A DNA stretch of 62,152 nucleotides from a virus (taxonomy: Duplodnaviria > Caudoviricetes), in the IMG/VR virus record IMGVR_UViG_3300023178_003128, positions 1 through 62,152 of that record; one strand, 5' to 3'. Positions within the stretch are counted from its first letter, which is position 1. Each line of letters starts with the position of its first letter. The position numbers were made by a program, and so were the translations under genes. Under the pieces are notes generated by a model. That model ran no database searches. It was not told where the DNA came from and worked only from the letters and a program-made list of their open reading frames with translations. Positions 1-8,586 of this stretch are shown one piece after another.

Positions 1-2
1 TG

Positions 3-83
3 CTCTTGTGGTTATACAGTTGGGTTCTGCTCCCTGTGATTGTTTTGATTGTGTTATGGGTTTATGACAGGTGGTTCAAATGA
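3..83 (+). CDS. 3' end of a small membrane protein (truncated by window edge)
   Basis: Frame 3 reads LLWLYSWVLLPVIVLIVLWVYDRWFK*, a hydrophobic helix; its TGA overlaps an ATG at 80. Confidence 0.4.
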   Translation, partial: LLWLYSWVLLPVIVLIVLWVYDRWFK

Positions 84-252
84 TGGCGAAAAAGCGTCCA
101 GGACAGTTGGAAGGAGTCCTCTACGAGCAGACCACAGTTGTTAAGGTTCACTTTGACACAAGCCCTTAAACCTCTCCTCAAATTCGCCACCACCACAGAG
201 AATCCACAGAAATTTTTTTCCGGCCAAAATTCAGACTCCAGCGAAAAAACCC

Positions 253-281
253 TTGACTTTGACCTCTTTTTATGTTATCCT
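253..281 (+). promoter_or_regulatory. host sigma70-type (early) promoter
   Basis: TTGACT-17nt-TATCCT with extended -10 TG; same architecture recurs elsewhere in the window. Confidence 0.6.
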
Positions 282-307
282 TCCATAAGATAGAGAAAGG
301 AGATTAT

Positions 308-565
308 ATGATACTTGATTACACAATACTGTTCTTTGCTTCATTTTCACTGGTCGGTTTATTAGGACTCCAGTCAAAGAATGTGCAAGGTTCAAAATAC
401 TTAGCGGCCGCAGTGACTTCTGTGGCCATATCCATTGCAAACTTCTTCTTTGTGAAGATAGTGGCATCGGGCAATTATGAGGCACTCGCTGTAGCCTCTG
501 TGGGAGGTGCGTTAGGGATTATGACCGCCATCTACATTTATGATAAAATAAACAAAAAGGTCTAA
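308..565 (+). CDS. small multi-pass membrane protein
   Basis: Three hydrophobic segments; ATG 308 follows GAAAGGA RBS (preferred over 272, which lies inside the promoter). Confidence 0.6.
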   Translation: MILDYTILFFASFSLVGLLGLQSKNVQGSKYLAAAVTSVAISIANFFFVKIVASGNYEALAVASVGGALGIMTAIYIYDKINKKV

Positions 566-569
566 ATAT

Positions 570-1184
570 ATGTCTATGCACCTTTCAGATAAGATTGATA
601 AGGCCATTAAGTCCATATATCATCAATTCAATGGCCATATGGGATACCGAACCATAGATGGATTTTGTCGTATGGCTCTCAAACCCTTTGGTATAAGAAC
701 TACATTCTATTTCAGTGATGAGTTAGACCATGGTGACTTTACCATTGCAGGACAATATGATTCAGAGCGAAAACGACAGCCTATATTGATTACACTGGTA
801 TTCTCTCGCAACGATATTGGGCACGATTTCTTTTGGAATGAGGAGAAGCGTAAGAAGTTTTGTTTTGAGCTTTCTCAGGTCTCTCAGCACGAATTAATAC
901 ATAAACAACAGGCAGAGGCGAGGAATACAGAGGAAAGTGGTTATGTGGTTGAAAGAGACCCACAGAAGCAGTTAGAGTCCTATCTAGGCAACAAGGATGA
1001 AATTGAGGCGTATGCTCATGATATCGCATTAGAGATGAAGCATATGGGTTTATCGGTGTCGGAAAATCCTTGGAATTCTTTAAATTCTTACCAAATCTAT
1101 AAGACTGCGTTTGACGGGTCGGATTGGAAGAAAGTGCATGATAGGTTAATTAAAAAGGTAGTCTATTGGATGGAGAATCTATGA
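570..1184 (+). CDS. hypothetical protein with HExxH zincin-like motif
   Basis: QHELIH plus downstream EIEAYA, a gluzincin-like arrangement. Confidence 0.55.
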   Translation: MSMHLSDKIDKAIKSIYHQFNGHMGYRTIDGFCRMALKPFGIRTTFYFSDELDHGDFTIAGQYDSERKRQPILITLVFSRNDIGHDFFWNEEKRKKFCFELSQVSQHELIHKQQAEARNTEESGYVVERDPQKQLESYLGNKDEIEAYAHDIALEMKHMGLSVSENPWNSLNSYQIYKTAFDGSDWKKVHDRLIKKVVYWMENL

Positions 1185-1375
1185 ACGATGCAAGTATATT
1201 AGGGTTAATTGTAACCATTGGGTTTTATGTGGCATATATGGTTGGTATGAGAACGGGTCGTAAAGATGGTGTGGCCGGTGCGTTAGAGCAGTTGGAAGAA
1301 CAAAAGATTATATCGATTGATGAAAAGGGTGATATTAAGCCCGGAACCTCGGAAAAATTCTTTTCTAAAAAATAG
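1181..1375 (+). CDS. small single-TM protein
   Basis: N-terminal hydrophobic helix; GGAG RBS; ATGA overlap with upstream gene. Confidence 0.55.
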   Translation: MNDASILGLIVTIGFYVAYMVGMRTGRKDGVAGALEQLEEQKIISIDEKGDIKPGTSEKFFSKK

Positions 1376-1490
1376 TTTGCCACAAAAAAATTAAAAAAGC
1401 ATATATAATATTGGATAGTTGAAAAACTATTCAACCGGTCTTGGTTTAACGACCAAGACATTTAATTAACATTAAACAAGGAATACATTT

Positions 1491-2639
1491 ATGAAAAACT
1501 ACCCTTACGGTGTGGTTCCTCCACACGCAAAAAAATTCACAGAATTAGATTTATCTCTTTCACGGGCTTTATTCAGTTTACAACATCCAGTATATGTCAA
1601 TCTAACCAAAGGACTAAAGTTTGTTGAACGAACTATTAGACCTTTAAGTGATATCGATACATCTGATGTTGATTTAGCTGGTAAAACAAATGGTGCATAT
1701 ACACAATCAGCTCGTTCATCTGGCCGTGGCGAATATGCTGCTGATGTTCATGCTAGTATTGAACAACAAGGATATAAATTAGACAAAGAACCAATCTCTG
1801 TTGTTATTTGTCCAGATAAAAAAGAACACGCTTGTAATGGTCGAACACGATTAGAGAAATTACAACAATTAGGCTTTGAAAATGCCATTGTTGATGTTTT
1901 TGAAGCTGAAACTTGGAATGCGTTTCATGTCCACAGTTTAAAAACAAATCAATATGCTGATCCATATTCACCATTTTTAGCAATAGACCTTGAACAATAT
2001 GCTTTAAAGGCATGGAGAAGTGGAGACCTCAAAAGAACATTTGAGGGTGTTTATGAGGCTGTCAAAGAAATTGGCGGAACATCATTCAAAGATAAAACCT
2101 ATCACAATATTGCAAGTAATGTTGTTGGTTTCCATGATAGAGATTTACAGTTGTTTGCTCATACAGACGCTTCCGCTAAAGACTGGTTGAATAAAAATGG
2201 ATATATCAATAATTTGAATAACAATCAAATTTATTATTATCCTTATGCGAGTTCTTCATGGTCAAAGTGTTTTGTTAATGCAGCTTCTTTTTATAATGAA
2301 TTGATTAGTTCTGGAAAACCAGTAAAAGAAATTAGAGTAATTATTCAAACTGGCACCTTAAATGGCGCTGATGGTGAATATTGTTGGAAAAATAGAATTG
2401 ACAGATTCAGAAGAAATTGGGCTGATGTGTATAATTTAATTGAAAAAACATATTTCATAAATTCAGAAAGAAAATCGATTATTAAATTATATGGTGCAAT
2501 TCCGGCTGTAGCATCGATTGCTGACGAGTGGCCATTAGACAAATTGGTATTATTTAATAAAGGCGTGTTAGCTGACAAATATTTTCAAGACCTTGATGAT
2601 GATAATAACTTATCTAATTTTCTTGAGGATGCTGCTTAA
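1491..2639 (+). CDS. hypothetical protein, possible ParB/Srx-like N-terminal domain
   Basis: 382-aa ORF with AAGGA RBS; PISVV...NGRTRLEKLQQLG resembles the ParB-N GxxR motif. Confidence 0.5.
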   Translation: MKNYPYGVVPPHAKKFTELDLSLSRALFSLQHPVYVNLTKGLKFVERTIRPLSDIDTSDVDLAGKTNGAYTQSARSSGRGEYAADVHASIEQQGYKLDKEPISVVICPDKKEHACNGRTRLEKLQQLGFENAIVDVFEAETWNAFHVHSLKTNQYADPYSPFLAIDLEQYALKAWRSGDLKRTFEGVYEAVKEIGGTSFKDKTYHNIASNVVGFHDRDLQLFAHTDASAKDWLNKNGYINNLNNNQIYYYPYASSSWSKCFVNAASFYNELISSGKPVKEIRVIIQTGTLNGADGEYCWKNRIDRFRRNWADVYNLIEKTYFINSERKSIIKLYGAIPAVASIADEWPLDKLVLFNKGVLADKYFQDLDDDNNLSNFLEDAA

Positions 2640-2646
2640 TTTGGCC

Positions 2647-2675
2647 TTGACATTTGCCATTCTTTATGTTAGGAT
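2647..2675 (+). promoter_or_regulatory. sigma70-type promoter
   Basis: TTGACA-17nt-TAGGAT with TGn extension. Confidence 0.7.
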
Positions 2676-2680
2676 GGATA

Positions 2681-2936
2681 CATAAAATACCTAATTGATG
2701 GTAGGTTAAGGCCATCAAGTTGAGTGAGCAACAACCGAGATAAACGGACCGTGGGCGCCTTACAAGAACCAATGATTTAGGCAAGCACTCACAAAATCGT
2801 TGGGAGAACCAATCAGAGAAGTTCGACTGGTATAAGGGCATTTGCGTCCGTGAGAGCCAGTATAATTAAATCTCTAAACTAGCCGCAAGTCTTTTAGGCA
2901 GTTCAGACTTACAAAAGATTAACTGCCTTTTTTTTT
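2681..2936 (+). ncRNA. candidate structured non-coding RNA (family unknown)
   Basis: Intergenic segment GC-richer than its surroundings, between a promoter and a terminator, with several complementary helices and no credible ORF. Confidence 0.5.
2896..2936 (+). terminator. intrinsic terminator
   Basis: AGGCAGTT...AACTGCCT stem followed by a T run. Confidence 0.7.
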
Positions 2937-2954
2937 AATAATATAGGAATTGTT

Positions 2955-3206
2955 ATGGCTGAAATTGACAATAAAGAAGACCAAATAGTTGAAATATCAA
3001 ATGAAGTTGATGAACTATTAGTTGAACTATCAACCAAACATAAACAACATCCACTCAATCTAGCATCAATTATACTAGCCCGATTAATGGTTATGTGTAA
3101 TGCTACAAACTGTTTAGATGAATTTGTTAAGATTGTTGAACAGATTGAAGGTGATATTGATAATCTTACTGTTGGAGAAAAATCAAAAGATGAGGTCATA
3201 CATTAA
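2955..3206 (+). CDS. hypothetical protein
   Basis: ORF with AGGA RBS, coupled to next gene. Confidence 0.6.
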   Translation: MAEIDNKEDQIVEISNEVDELLVELSTKHKQHPLNLASIILARLMVMCNATNCLDEFVKIVEQIEGDIDNLTVGEKSKDEVIH

Positions 3207-3772
3207 TGGGTATGAAACTTAAATCATTATTTCACACAAATGTTGGTGCATATGAAATAGAAAATGTTGATTATGATTCAATGATTGATTATATCTACAA
3301 AAATATAAAGATTGATGATGGTGTAAAAGTATCAAATATTTTAGGTTGGCAAAGTCAACATTTTAAACAAGAAGACCATGAAATATTTAAACCTATTTTT
3401 GATGAAGTTAACGAAATGGCCAAATCAATGTATTTTCTTTATGGCATTGAACAAACTCCAGAACCATTAAGATGTTGGGTTAATGTTAATGGTAAAAATG
3501 CTTCTAATTCTAGCCATCATCATGCACCATGTTTTTTTTCAGTTGTTGTTTACTTAAAAGTTCCAGAAAATTCTGGAAGTATTGTTTTTGAAAGAGATGA
3601 TACCTTACTTCATGTAATTCATTACAATAAAATAACACATGATAATTTACCAGGTTATAGTGTTACACCTAAACAAGGAACAGCACTTATATTTCCTGCT
3701 AATTTGAAACATTCGGTTACACCAAATTTATCAGATGATGACCGAATATCAATTGCTATGAACTTTAGATAA
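3206..3772 (+). CDS. 2OG-Fe(II) oxygenase (TIGR02466-like phage family)
   Basis: WVNVN...HHH...SVVVYLKVP...LIFPANLKHSV.PN...RISIAMN motifs. Confidence 0.85.
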   Translation: MGMKLKSLFHTNVGAYEIENVDYDSMIDYIYKNIKIDDGVKVSNILGWQSQHFKQEDHEIFKPIFDEVNEMAKSMYFLYGIEQTPEPLRCWVNVNGKNASNSSHHHAPCFFSVVVYLKVPENSGSIVFERDDTLLHVIHYNKITHDNLPGYSVTPKQGTALIFPANLKHSVTPNLSDDDRISIAMNFR

Positions 3773-3786
3773 GGAGTTATTATATT

Positions 3787-4029
3787 ATGAATACCGTGTA
3801 TGCTTTAATTCTTATTTCTTCATTAGGTGGTGTGCAAGAAGTTTATCGTTTTCCAAATATGGACGATTGCTTAGCAACCAAAACATCATATGAAGAAGTA
3901 TCAGGCAACAAAGCTCATTGTGTTTCTTTAACAGTGAGAAAAAAAGTGCAACCAAGTGAGATATTTGAGAAATTTGGTAATATGATTAAAGAGATAGAAG
4001 GTAAAGACGACTTTGAACCCACAATTTGA
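3787..4029 (+). CDS. small hypothetical protein with Cys pair
   Basis: AAGGAG RBS; hydrophobic N-terminus; F..MDDC...AHC. Confidence 0.55.
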   Translation: MNTVYALILISSLGGVQEVYRFPNMDDCLATKTSYEEVSGNKAHCVSLTVRKKVQPSEIFEKFGNMIKEIEGKDDFEPTI

Positions 4030-4429
4030 TGGCGTCTATTTCTATCCAGACAAAGATATACCAGATTATCTTAATATGGACTGGTTTCATTTTACAAAAA
4101 AGAAATATCAAAGCACCGAAAAACTAAACAACAATGCCATTGGCGACTGTTACTATGTTACTTTCATAGAAAAAGATAGAACAGGTATGCCAAAGTTAGC
4201 CGAAACATTTGAAGCTATCTTCGCAGATGTTGAAACCTACCTAGAAAATCTTGCCGGTTCTAATTCTATTGGCATCATTGTCAGAAAAACAACAAAATCA
4301 CATCTTTGGATGGAAGATTACCGCAATAATATTGAAAAGAATGTTAGGATGGCTAAATTATACAAGCTTGCAAAATCAATTTATGAGAACGAACTAAAAC
4401 CTAAACCTGAGGAGAACGAAGATGCCTAA
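4013..4429 (+). CDS. hypothetical protein
   Basis: ORF filling the operon, TTG start. Confidence 0.55.
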   Translation: MNPQFDGVYFYPDKDIPDYLNMDWFHFTKKKYQSTEKLNNNAIGDCYYVTFIEKDRTGMPKLAETFEAIFADVETYLENLAGSNSIGIIVRKTTKSHLWMEDYRNNIEKNVRMAKLYKLAKSIYENELKPKPEENEDA

Positions 4430-4940
4430 CTGGTGTATGAATAATTGTGAAATCCATCACGAGGATAAAACTAAAATTGATGCGATTGATAGTTTTTTAA
4501 CAGAATATGATGCAAATGAAGACAAAGAAAAGACCGGTTTATTACAGTTTTTAGTTCCAAACCCAGCAAACGAATGGGATTATGGTTGGTGTGTTGAAAA
4601 TTGGGGCACAAAGTGGGATATTCAACTCTATGAATGGGATAGAATTGATGAAAACACCATTTCTCTCAATTTTGATAGTGCTTGGGCACCACCAACAGTA
4701 GCTTATGACACATTAACCGAAGAAGGATATGATATTAGTGGTCATTACCTTGAAGAAGGCATGGGTTTTGTCGGTGCTCATGTAGATGGTGTTGATAAAT
4801 CTTATGAATTTGACTATGAAGATATCACAAAATTAGATGATATACCAGAAGAAGTGTTGGAACATTGGAATTTGCGTGAAAGAGTTGAAGAAGAAATTGA
4901 ATATCAGAAAGAAATTGATGAAGGTGAAGAAGAAGAGTGA
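4422..4940 (+). CDS. YubB/DUF1281-like ferredoxin-fold protein
   Basis: MPNWC.N start, NWGTKWD and FDSAWAPP motifs; very acidic. Confidence 0.75.
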   Translation: MPNWCMNNCEIHHEDKTKIDAIDSFLTEYDANEDKEKTGLLQFLVPNPANEWDYGWCVENWGTKWDIQLYEWDRIDENTISLNFDSAWAPPTVAYDTLTEEGYDISGHYLEEGMGFVGAHVDGVDKSYEFDYEDITKLDDIPEEVLEHWNLRERVEEEIEYQKEIDEGEEEE

Positions 4941-5638
4941 TAGAAAATTTTCAGATATTTAAAGAAAATATCTTAGTTGATGATAAATCTTATTTTTTTG
5001 AAAATTTTGTAAATAATATCACTTCACTTATTTCATGGAGTGATGTTGAAAGATGTTTGAACAATCCAATATTATATAATATTGATATGATAGACAATCA
5101 AACACAAAAAAATATCAACATACCAAAATATAATACTGAATTTTATGGTCTAGTGACAAGCCATAAACATATTATTGACAGCTTTAATCAAGGTAATACA
5201 GCCATTATTCATAATTATGGTTTGTATAGTGAGAAAACAAACGACTTTTTAAGAATGTTTGAAGAAAACTTTGATGTTTGTAGTAGAATTGCTGTTTATT
5301 GTGGTTTAAAAGAATCAAAATCATTTAAAATTCACGCTGATGAACCTAGTAATTTTATTATACAGGTTGAAGGCGAATCTGAATGGGTAATTTATAAAGA
5401 AAAAACATCATCATTATACTCACCGTCAAAAATAAATGAAATATGTGTTGATGATAGAGCGTTAGAAATAGAAACTGAATGTAAACTGAAATCTGGAGAT
5501 ATGCTTTATATACCAGCTAGAAGTTTCCATCAAATGAAATCGAATACAAAGAGAATTTCATTGAGTGTTCCTTGTTTTCCAAGAGAACAATATAAACTTT
5601 TACCTTTGGATAGAAATTATTATTCGATAGGAGATTAA
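4937..5638 (+). CDS. JmjC/cupin_4 family oxygenase
   Basis: F.IHAD..NFIIQVEG..EW and LKSGDMLYIP..SFH (HxD...H iron triad). Confidence 0.8.
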   Translation: MIENFQIFKENILVDDKSYFFENFVNNITSLISWSDVERCLNNPILYNIDMIDNQTQKNINIPKYNTEFYGLVTSHKHIIDSFNQGNTAIIHNYGLYSEKTNDFLRMFEENFDVCSRIAVYCGLKESKSFKIHADEPSNFIIQVEGESEWVIYKEKTSSLYSPSKINEICVDDRALEIETECKLKSGDMLYIPARSFHQMKSNTKRISLSVPCFPREQYKLLPLDRNYYSIGD

Positions 5639-5641
5639 AAA

Positions 5642-5968
5642 ATGGCTGCTACATGGGATTACAAACAGGAGAAAATTATGATGAATGTTGATGCTACACA
5701 ATTAGGTGAATTTAAAGACCAAGCAAGTAAAAATATTCTCATCCGAGCGTTGAAAGAACAAGAAGTTGTTGTTTCATTCAAAAAAGTTGATGGAACAATC
5801 AGAGATATGAAATGCACATTAATGGAAAATCGAATTCCAGAAGACAAAAAACCAAAATCTGAAAATTCAAAGAAAAATGACAGTGTTTTGCCGGTGTTCG
5901 ATATCGAAAAAGATTCTTGGCGAAGTTTTCGATGGGATTCTATTCAAAAAATTTCATTTCCTATTTAA
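5642..5968 (+). CDS. WYL_2/DUF2693 Sm-like beta-barrel protein
   Basis: V.FKKVDGTIR.M.CTL and VFDIEKDSWRSFR motifs. Confidence 0.75.
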   Translation: MAATWDYKQEKIMMNVDATQLGEFKDQASKNILIRALKEQEVVVSFKKVDGTIRDMKCTLMENRIPEDKKPKSENSKKNDSVLPVFDIEKDSWRSFRWDSIQKISFPI

Positions 5969-5973
5969 AAAGG

Positions 5974-5981
5974 CATAAATA
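5974..5981 (+). promoter_or_regulatory. T4-type late promoter
   Basis: CATAAATA, variant of T4 gp55 consensus TATAAATA, intergenic. Confidence 0.6.
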
Positions 5982-6017
5982 GACGACACTTTTTCAACTT
6001 TTTGGAGGAACTACATC

Positions 6018-6227
6018 ATGGCAAAACCAGGCGGACAACAAAGACTACATCCTAGCAAACGGCATCGAGATCCGTTAAAAACCAAGAACGAAAAACTAAG
6101 ATTGGGACCTCTAAACATTAAACAGCTTGAGGAACTTGTTGAAAAATCAAAAAGAAGACGAGACCGAGCAAAGTATTTAAAAGAACTTATTCGAAAACAA
6201 GCGATATTCGCTAAAAGGAGCAAATAA
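6018..6227 (+). CDS. small highly basic protein
   Basis: GGAGGA RBS; K/R-rich 69 aa. Confidence 0.65.
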   Translation: MAKPGGQQRLHPSKRHRDPLKTKNEKLRLGPLNIKQLEELVEKSKRRRDRAKYLKELIRKQAIFAKRSK

Positions 6228-6233
6228 TTCGTT

Positions 6234-6494
6234 ATGGCTGTTGTAAAAAAATTTAAAAACGCTAAACAAACTTTTGGAATGAAAGTTGTAATTGATGATA
6301 GAACTCCTTTTGACAAAGCTTTACGAATATTTAAAAGAAAAGTTGATAATTCAGGTCTTTTAAGAGAAATACGAGAAAGACAAGAATACGAAAAACCCTC
6401 CACCGAGAGAAAACTCGCAAAAAATCGTGCAAAAAAACGCTGGCAGAAAAAGTTTGAACAAACAATTGTTGCCGGTCGTGCCAAAAAATATTAG
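6234..6494 (+). CDS. rpsU: ribosomal protein bS21
   Basis: FDKALRIFKRKV..SGLLREIRERQEYEKPS.ERK is the S21 signature. Confidence 0.92.
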   Translation: MAVVKKFKNAKQTFGMKVVIDDRTPFDKALRIFKRKVDNSGLLREIRERQEYEKPSTERKLAKNRAKKRWQKKFEQTIVAGRAKKY

Positions 6495-6541
6495 CATAAA
6501 TAATAGTATTATTATTCTATATCTTTACGCTTAAAGCGTAA
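6495..6541 (+). promoter_or_regulatory. late promoter and leader hairpin of the curli-like operon
   Basis: CATAAATA 6495-6502; TTACGCT-taa-AGCGTAA inverted repeat 6525-6541. Confidence 0.55.
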
Positions 6542-6569
6542 TTGTCTTTGATAAATTACAGGAAAAACT

Positions 6570-7019
6570 ATGAAAACACCAATTTTATTGGGCGTTTTGT
6601 TATGGTCTTGTTTTGTGGTTTCAGCCCCGCTGGAAGATTTTGAATTTAAGAGTCCAGCCTTTAATGGTAATGGTTATTCTGCTCATGTTTTAACAATTGA
6701 GAATCAGGAACACTCTCGTAAGAAAGCTATTGCAGAAAAACTTGAAGCAAAACTCAAAGAAGCTGAAAGAGAAGCTAATAGCACCAATTTATCCAAATTT
6801 CTTAGCAACCTAGAATCAAGGATATATGCACAAATTAGCCAAGATTTGGCAACAGCAATGTTTGCTGATGATTCGTCATCTCCAACTTCTGGCACATTAA
6901 CATTTGAAGGAAATGTAATTTATTGGGATAAAAGTTCAGGTGATATAGAATTACAAGTTACTGATATAGCAGGCTCAACAACAACAATTACAATACCTTT
7001 GGGTGATTTTACTTTTTAA
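6570..7019 (+). CDS. csgF: curli assembly protein CsgF-like
   Basis: Signal peptide, then F.FKSPAFNG.G...L..ENQ (CsgF N-terminal pattern); adjacent to csgG. Confidence 0.8.
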   Translation: MKTPILLGVLLWSCFVVSAPLEDFEFKSPAFNGNGYSAHVLTIENQEHSRKKAIAEKLEAKLKEAEREANSTNLSKFLSNLESRIYAQISQDLATAMFADDSSSPTSGTLTFEGNVIYWDKSSGDIELQVTDIAGSTTTITIPLGDFTF

Positions 7020-7819
7020 TGAAACACTTATTATTACTACTATTAGCTTTAGTGCTAGTTGGTTGTGCTACTGGTCAAGCGATGCGAGGCGAATACGACC
7101 CGCCAATGGCAGTAGAAAAATCGACTGTTAAAGAATTTGATTCAATAGCAAAACCAAAACTAGGCAAAATAACAGTAGCTGTTTATAATTTTATAGATAA
7201 AACAGGACAAAGACGACCAAGTCAGAATACATCCAGTTTTTCTACTGCTGTTACACAAGGCGCTGAAAGTTTTTTAATTAAAGCACTAAAAGATGTTGGT
7301 GAATGTGGTTGGTTTGATGTGGTTGAAAGAGTTGGATTAGCAAGTCTAACACAAGAAAGACAAATTATACGCCAGATGCGAGAAGCGTATGAAGGTGCTG
7401 ATGCAAAACCACTTATGCCAATGAAATTTGCAGGAATGTTAATTGAAGGTGGTATTACCGGTTATGACCAATCAACAAGAAGTGGCGGAAACGCTGCTAG
7501 ATTGCTTGGCATAGGACCATCAACAAAATATAGTGAAGATATTATTACAGTAAGTTTAAGAGCAGTCAGTGTCAATACTGGTGTGGTATTGGCTGCGGTT
7601 AATGTTCAAAAAACAGTTTATTCTACCGCTGATAGTTTAGCTGTTTTAAAATTTTATGACCAAGGCACACAAGTTTTTGAATTTGAATCTGGTCTTACTT
7701 TAAATGAGCCAGCAACAATGGCAGTTAAAGCTGCTGTTGATGCAGCTGTAGTTGAACTCATTAAAGAAGGCGAAAGGAAGAAAGTTTGGGAATTTGCTAA
7801 CAGTCAGGAGACAAAATGA
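7019..7819 (+). CDS. csgG: curli secretion channel lipoprotein CsgG
   Basis: Lipobox LVGC; VAVY.F.DKTGQR, FSTAVTQGA, WF.VVER.GL..L..ERQIIR, IEGGI.GYD. Confidence 0.92.
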   Translation: MKHLLLLLLALVLVGCATGQAMRGEYDPPMAVEKSTVKEFDSIAKPKLGKITVAVYNFIDKTGQRRPSQNTSSFSTAVTQGAESFLIKALKDVGECGWFDVVERVGLASLTQERQIIRQMREAYEGADAKPLMPMKFAGMLIEGGITGYDQSTRSGGNAARLLGIGPSTKYSEDIITVSLRAVSVNTGVVLAAVNVQKTVYSTADSLAVLKFYDQGTQVFEFESGLTLNEPATMAVKAAVDAAVVELIKEGERKKVWEFANSQETK

Positions 7820-8586
7820 ATAAAATAGTAACAATGTTTTTTACATTATTACTGACAATGACGGTTGCGTTTGCAGCTGATAATAGCATTTATATTGACC
7901 AAGTGGGCGGAAGTTCTACAATTGATATTACACAAGATGGTAGTTCAAACAAAGTTTATGGAGTTGGAGATAGTGAAGGAACAGCCGCTACATTTACTGG
8001 TGATAGTCAGACAATTGATATAAGACAAGTTGGTTCAAGTAACTTATTAGGAATTGATTTAAATACTTCGGTTACTTCGGGTGTTGGTATTGATTTAACA
8101 TATTACATTACAGGTTCTAACTCTGTAGCAAGTATTGATGTTAATGGTGACGGTCAAGGTACCGCATCAAACAATACAATTGACATTCAAATGACTGGTG
8201 ATTATAATGACCTAACATTTGATTTACTTGGAACAGGTAATAGTTTAACTGCAACAGCAACTGGTGGTAATTATAACGATTTTGATTTTACCATTAATGC
8301 TGATTCAACCACTTCAAATGTAGCAATTAGTGGTGGCGGTGGTAATACAACAACACTTAATTTATCAAGTGATGATGCAACTGTTGATATTACAGCTGCT
8401 GGTGCAAGTAATACACTATCAGTAACACAAAGCGGTCTTGGTGGAACAAATGGTATGAACTTTGATTTAGATATTACTGGTTCATCTAACTCATTTACTT
8501 CAACACAAGCCGGCTCACAAGACAATGACATTGATGTGAATATTACTGGTTCAAGCAACACATGGACCATTTCACAAGATGACTAA
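7816..8586 (+). CDS. secreted curlin-like repeat protein (CsgA/CsgB-like)
   Basis: Signal peptide; repeated I.I.QxGxxN beta-arc units; G/S/T/N/D-rich. Confidence 0.75.
   Translation: MNKIVTMFFTLLLTMTVAFAADNSIYIDQVGGSSTIDITQDGSSNKVYGVGDSEGTAATFTGDSQTIDIRQVGSSNLLGIDLNTSVTSGVGIDLTYYITGSNSVASIDVNGDGQGTASNNTIDIQMTGDYNDLTFDLLGTGNSLTATATGGNYNDFDFTINADSTTSNVAISGGGGNTTTLNLSSDDATVDITAAGASNTLSVTQSGLGGTNGMNFDLDITGSSNSFTSTQAGSQDNDIDVNITGSSNTWTISQDD

Noticed and set aside
80-169. 29-codon ORF MMAKKRPGQLEGVLYEQTTVVKVHFDTSP
   Set aside because: The ATGA overlap is suggestive, but it is too short and featureless to call.
2681-2936. tRNA, tmRNA, RNase P RNA or group I intron identity for the structured region
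   Set aside because: There is a GTTCGA at 2821, but no cloverleaf or CCA end, no RNase P GAGGAAAGTCC motif and no interrupted host gene; left as unknown ncRNA.
6011-6484. 157-aa antisense ORF over bS21, and the many other antisense or out-of-frame ORFs in the track
   Set aside because: They are shadows of well-supported genes, with no RBS or recognisable motifs.
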